Source: Acidobacteriota bacterium (GTDB lineage Bacteria > Acidobacteriota > UBA6911 > RPQK01 > JAJDTT01). From it: a stretch of 64,000 bases of DNA. Where the stretch lies: NCBI GenBank assembly GCA_965209055.1, contig OZ242374.1, positions 4,480,001 to 4,544,000 of the forward strand, given 5' to 3'. The notes under the pieces are model-generated. The model saw only the letters and a program-made list of their open reading frames with translations. It had not been told where the DNA came from and ran no database searches. The position numbers were made by a program, and so were the translations under genes. Shown one piece after another: positions 62,322 through 64,000 of the stretch. Each line of letters opens with the position of its first letter. The first letter of the stretch is position 1.

Positions 62322-64000
62322 TGCGCGCGATACTCGGCACTCCGATCCTCATCCTTCTCGGAACCCTTTCGTGGGGCATGGCCACGACCTACTATCCTTT
62401 TGTTCCGGTGATCTACTTCGCCGACCCGACTGGAGCCCAGGCCGGATCCACAGTTGAAGTAAATTTGGAGGGAATACATCTCAAAGGATCGGAAAATATA
62501 GTTTTTAACTCCTCGAACATTTCGGCGAGCATCCTCGAGGGATGGGACGGTCCCAACGGGCGGTTCCAGACCCCGTTGGAGCGGCTGCGCCTGGAAGTCG
62601 AAATTCACGCGGAAACGCCTCCCGCCATCTACGGATTGCGAGTCAAGACCCGGCACGGAGCCAGCAACTGGATTCCCTTCGCCGTCGGGCGGTTCCCCGA
62701 GATCCGCGAGTCCGACGGCAACCACACCGTTTCCGAAGCCCAATCCGTCACCCTTCCCGTGACGGTGAACGGCCGGATCGCCAAGGGAGGAGAGGAAGAC
62801 TACTTCCAATTGGATGGGCGCCAGGGTGAGGAGCTGGTGGTCCAACTACAAGCCCACCCCTTGGGGTCCCGGATGGACGCGGCTCTCACGCTCATGGGAC
62901 CGGATGGGCGCGTCCTGGCCACCAGCAACAATGCCTCTCCACGAAACCTCGACGCCATGCTGGGAATGCGTCTGCCCCGATCAGGCCGCTACACCGTCCG
63001 GGTCACCGATTTCACCGGCGGTGGCGGCTCGCGACGCTTCTACCGCCTGACCTTGGGCGCAGTACCCTATGTGACCCACCTGTTTCCCGCGGGCGTGCGC
63101 CGGGGTGAAGAGGTGGAAGCGCGGCTGGAGGGCTTCAATCTGGGAGGTCAGACCCGGATCCGGCTCCGCGGGGATCGACCACCCCGGGAGGACGGCTTTC
63201 GGGACCTGACAATCCGCACGGCCCACGGACCGTCCCTCAACCCCGTCCGGATCGCCGTGGGGAACCATGACGAGACCCTGGAGTCGGAGCACAACGACGA
63301 CCCGGAGACGGCCCAGCCGGTCTCCGTTCCCATCACCGTCAACGGCCGGATCGATTCGTCGCAGGACGTTGACGTCTTCCGGTTTCCGGCTCGCCGGGGG
63401 AGGCCTCTGGCCTTGGAGGTGGCGGCTCAGCGGCTCGATTCTCCGCTGGATTCCCAAATCGAAATCCTGGACCTCCAGGGAGGTTCCCTGCCCCGGGCCC
63501 GGCTCAGGACCGTCTTCGAAGGAAGCCACCTGGAACCCCTGGCGTCCCGTTCCCTGCAACTGCAGCGGTTCGACCTGGCCAACGGAACGGCGTTTCGGGG
63601 AGGAGACTTCGTCCTCCTGAGCGAGCGTGAGCTGGTCCGCCTGGAAGAGGGGCTCCGCCACTCGGACGATTTCTCCCTGGCCCAGGGCCTCATGGGACAG
63701 CGGTTGGCCTGGTTGGGAACCAGCCCCCAGAACCATCCCAAGAACTACAACGCCCGAAAGGTGGAAATCCTCCCTCCCGAGGCTCCGGCCCCGGGAGATT
63801 CCTCCATCCTGACCCTCTTCTATCGAAACGACGACGGTGGTCCCGTCTACGGCAAGGACTCGTATCTACTGTTCGACCCTCCGGCGGACGGAGAATACCT
63901 GGTTCGCCTGCGGGATCTGAGCGGTTCGGGAGGACTCCGGCATACCTACCGCCTCACGGTCCGCCCCGCCAGACCCGATTTCCGCCTCTACCTGGACGAC
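62321..64000 (+). CDS. PPC (pre-peptidase C-terminal) domain protein, runs off the window end
   Basis: Not in the ORF track; ATG overlaps the upstream TGA; MRAILG...PTGAQAGSTVEV; VTVNGRI...DYF; typical third gene of DUF1501/DUF1553 operons. Confidence 0.85.
   Translation, partial: MRAILGTPILILLGTLSWGMATTYYPFVPVIYFADPTGAQAGSTVEVNLEGIHLKGSENIVFNSSNISASILEGWDGPNGRFQTPLERLRLEVEIHAETPPAIYGLRVKTRHGASNWIPFAVGRFPEIRESDGNHTVSEAQSVTLPVTVNGRIAKGGEEDYFQLDGRQGEELVVQLQAHPLGSRMDAALTLMGPDGRVLATSNNASPRNLDAMLGMRLPRSGRYTVRVTDFTGGGGSRRFYRLTLGAVPYVTHLFPAGVRRGEEVEARLEGFNLGGQTRIRLRGDRPPREDGFRDLTIRTAHGPSLNPVRIAVGNHDETLESEHNDDPETAQPVSVPITVNGRIDSSQDVDVFRFPARRGRPLALEVAAQRLDSPLDSQIEILDLQGGSLPRARLRTVFEGSHLEPLASRSLQLQRFDLANGTAFRGGDFVLLSERELVRLEEGLRHSDDFSLAQGLMGQRLAWLGTSPQNHPKNYNARKVEILPPEAPAPGDSSILTLFYRNDDGGPVYGKDSYLLFDPPADGEYLVRLRDLSGSGGLRHTYRLTVRPARPDFRLYLDD

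Noticed and set aside
58507-64000. DUF1501-DUF1553-PPC operon as the novel system
   Set aside because: Function is unknown, but the cluster is widespread and well noted in Planctomycetes, Verrucomicrobia and Acidobacteria

Overview
GC-rich bacterial DNA. The gene repertoire (DUF1501/DUF1553/PPC operon, BlaI-M56-TonB, FG-GAP, sulfatase, PhyH, animal-type LRR, Sel1 remnant) suggests an Acidobacteriota/PVC-like, possibly invertebrate-associated, organism; this is inference only. About 45 real genes are present, and most other ORFs in the track are antisense shadows. Best candidate for an undescribed system: a minimal ~2.8 kb tyrosine-integrase element (15132-17913) inserted into the 15-bp palindrome GGGACTGTTAGTCCC of a multi-copy REP/REPIN-like repeat. 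Its own att arm carries a degenerate tRNA 5' half whose anticodon arm is that palindrome. It also has arm-type and IHF-like sites, an integrase C-terminus that would change on excision, and a covarying oriT-like structure but no relaxase. A second copy of that structure abuts a ~10.9 kb recombinase-less cargo region (28885-39749) bounded by 132-bp ungapped inverted repeats, carrying a 23-repeat LRR protein, paralogous secreted proteins, a Sel1 remnant and an IS1634. Also notable: a DUF262+HEPN defence pair, a BlaI operon with two M56-TonB sensors (one with an ExbD-like tail) flanked by TlpA proteins, a Cache-Cache-peptide-SBP fusion, and tandem M19-like proteins with altered metal sites. All family calls come from motif recognition, with no database search.
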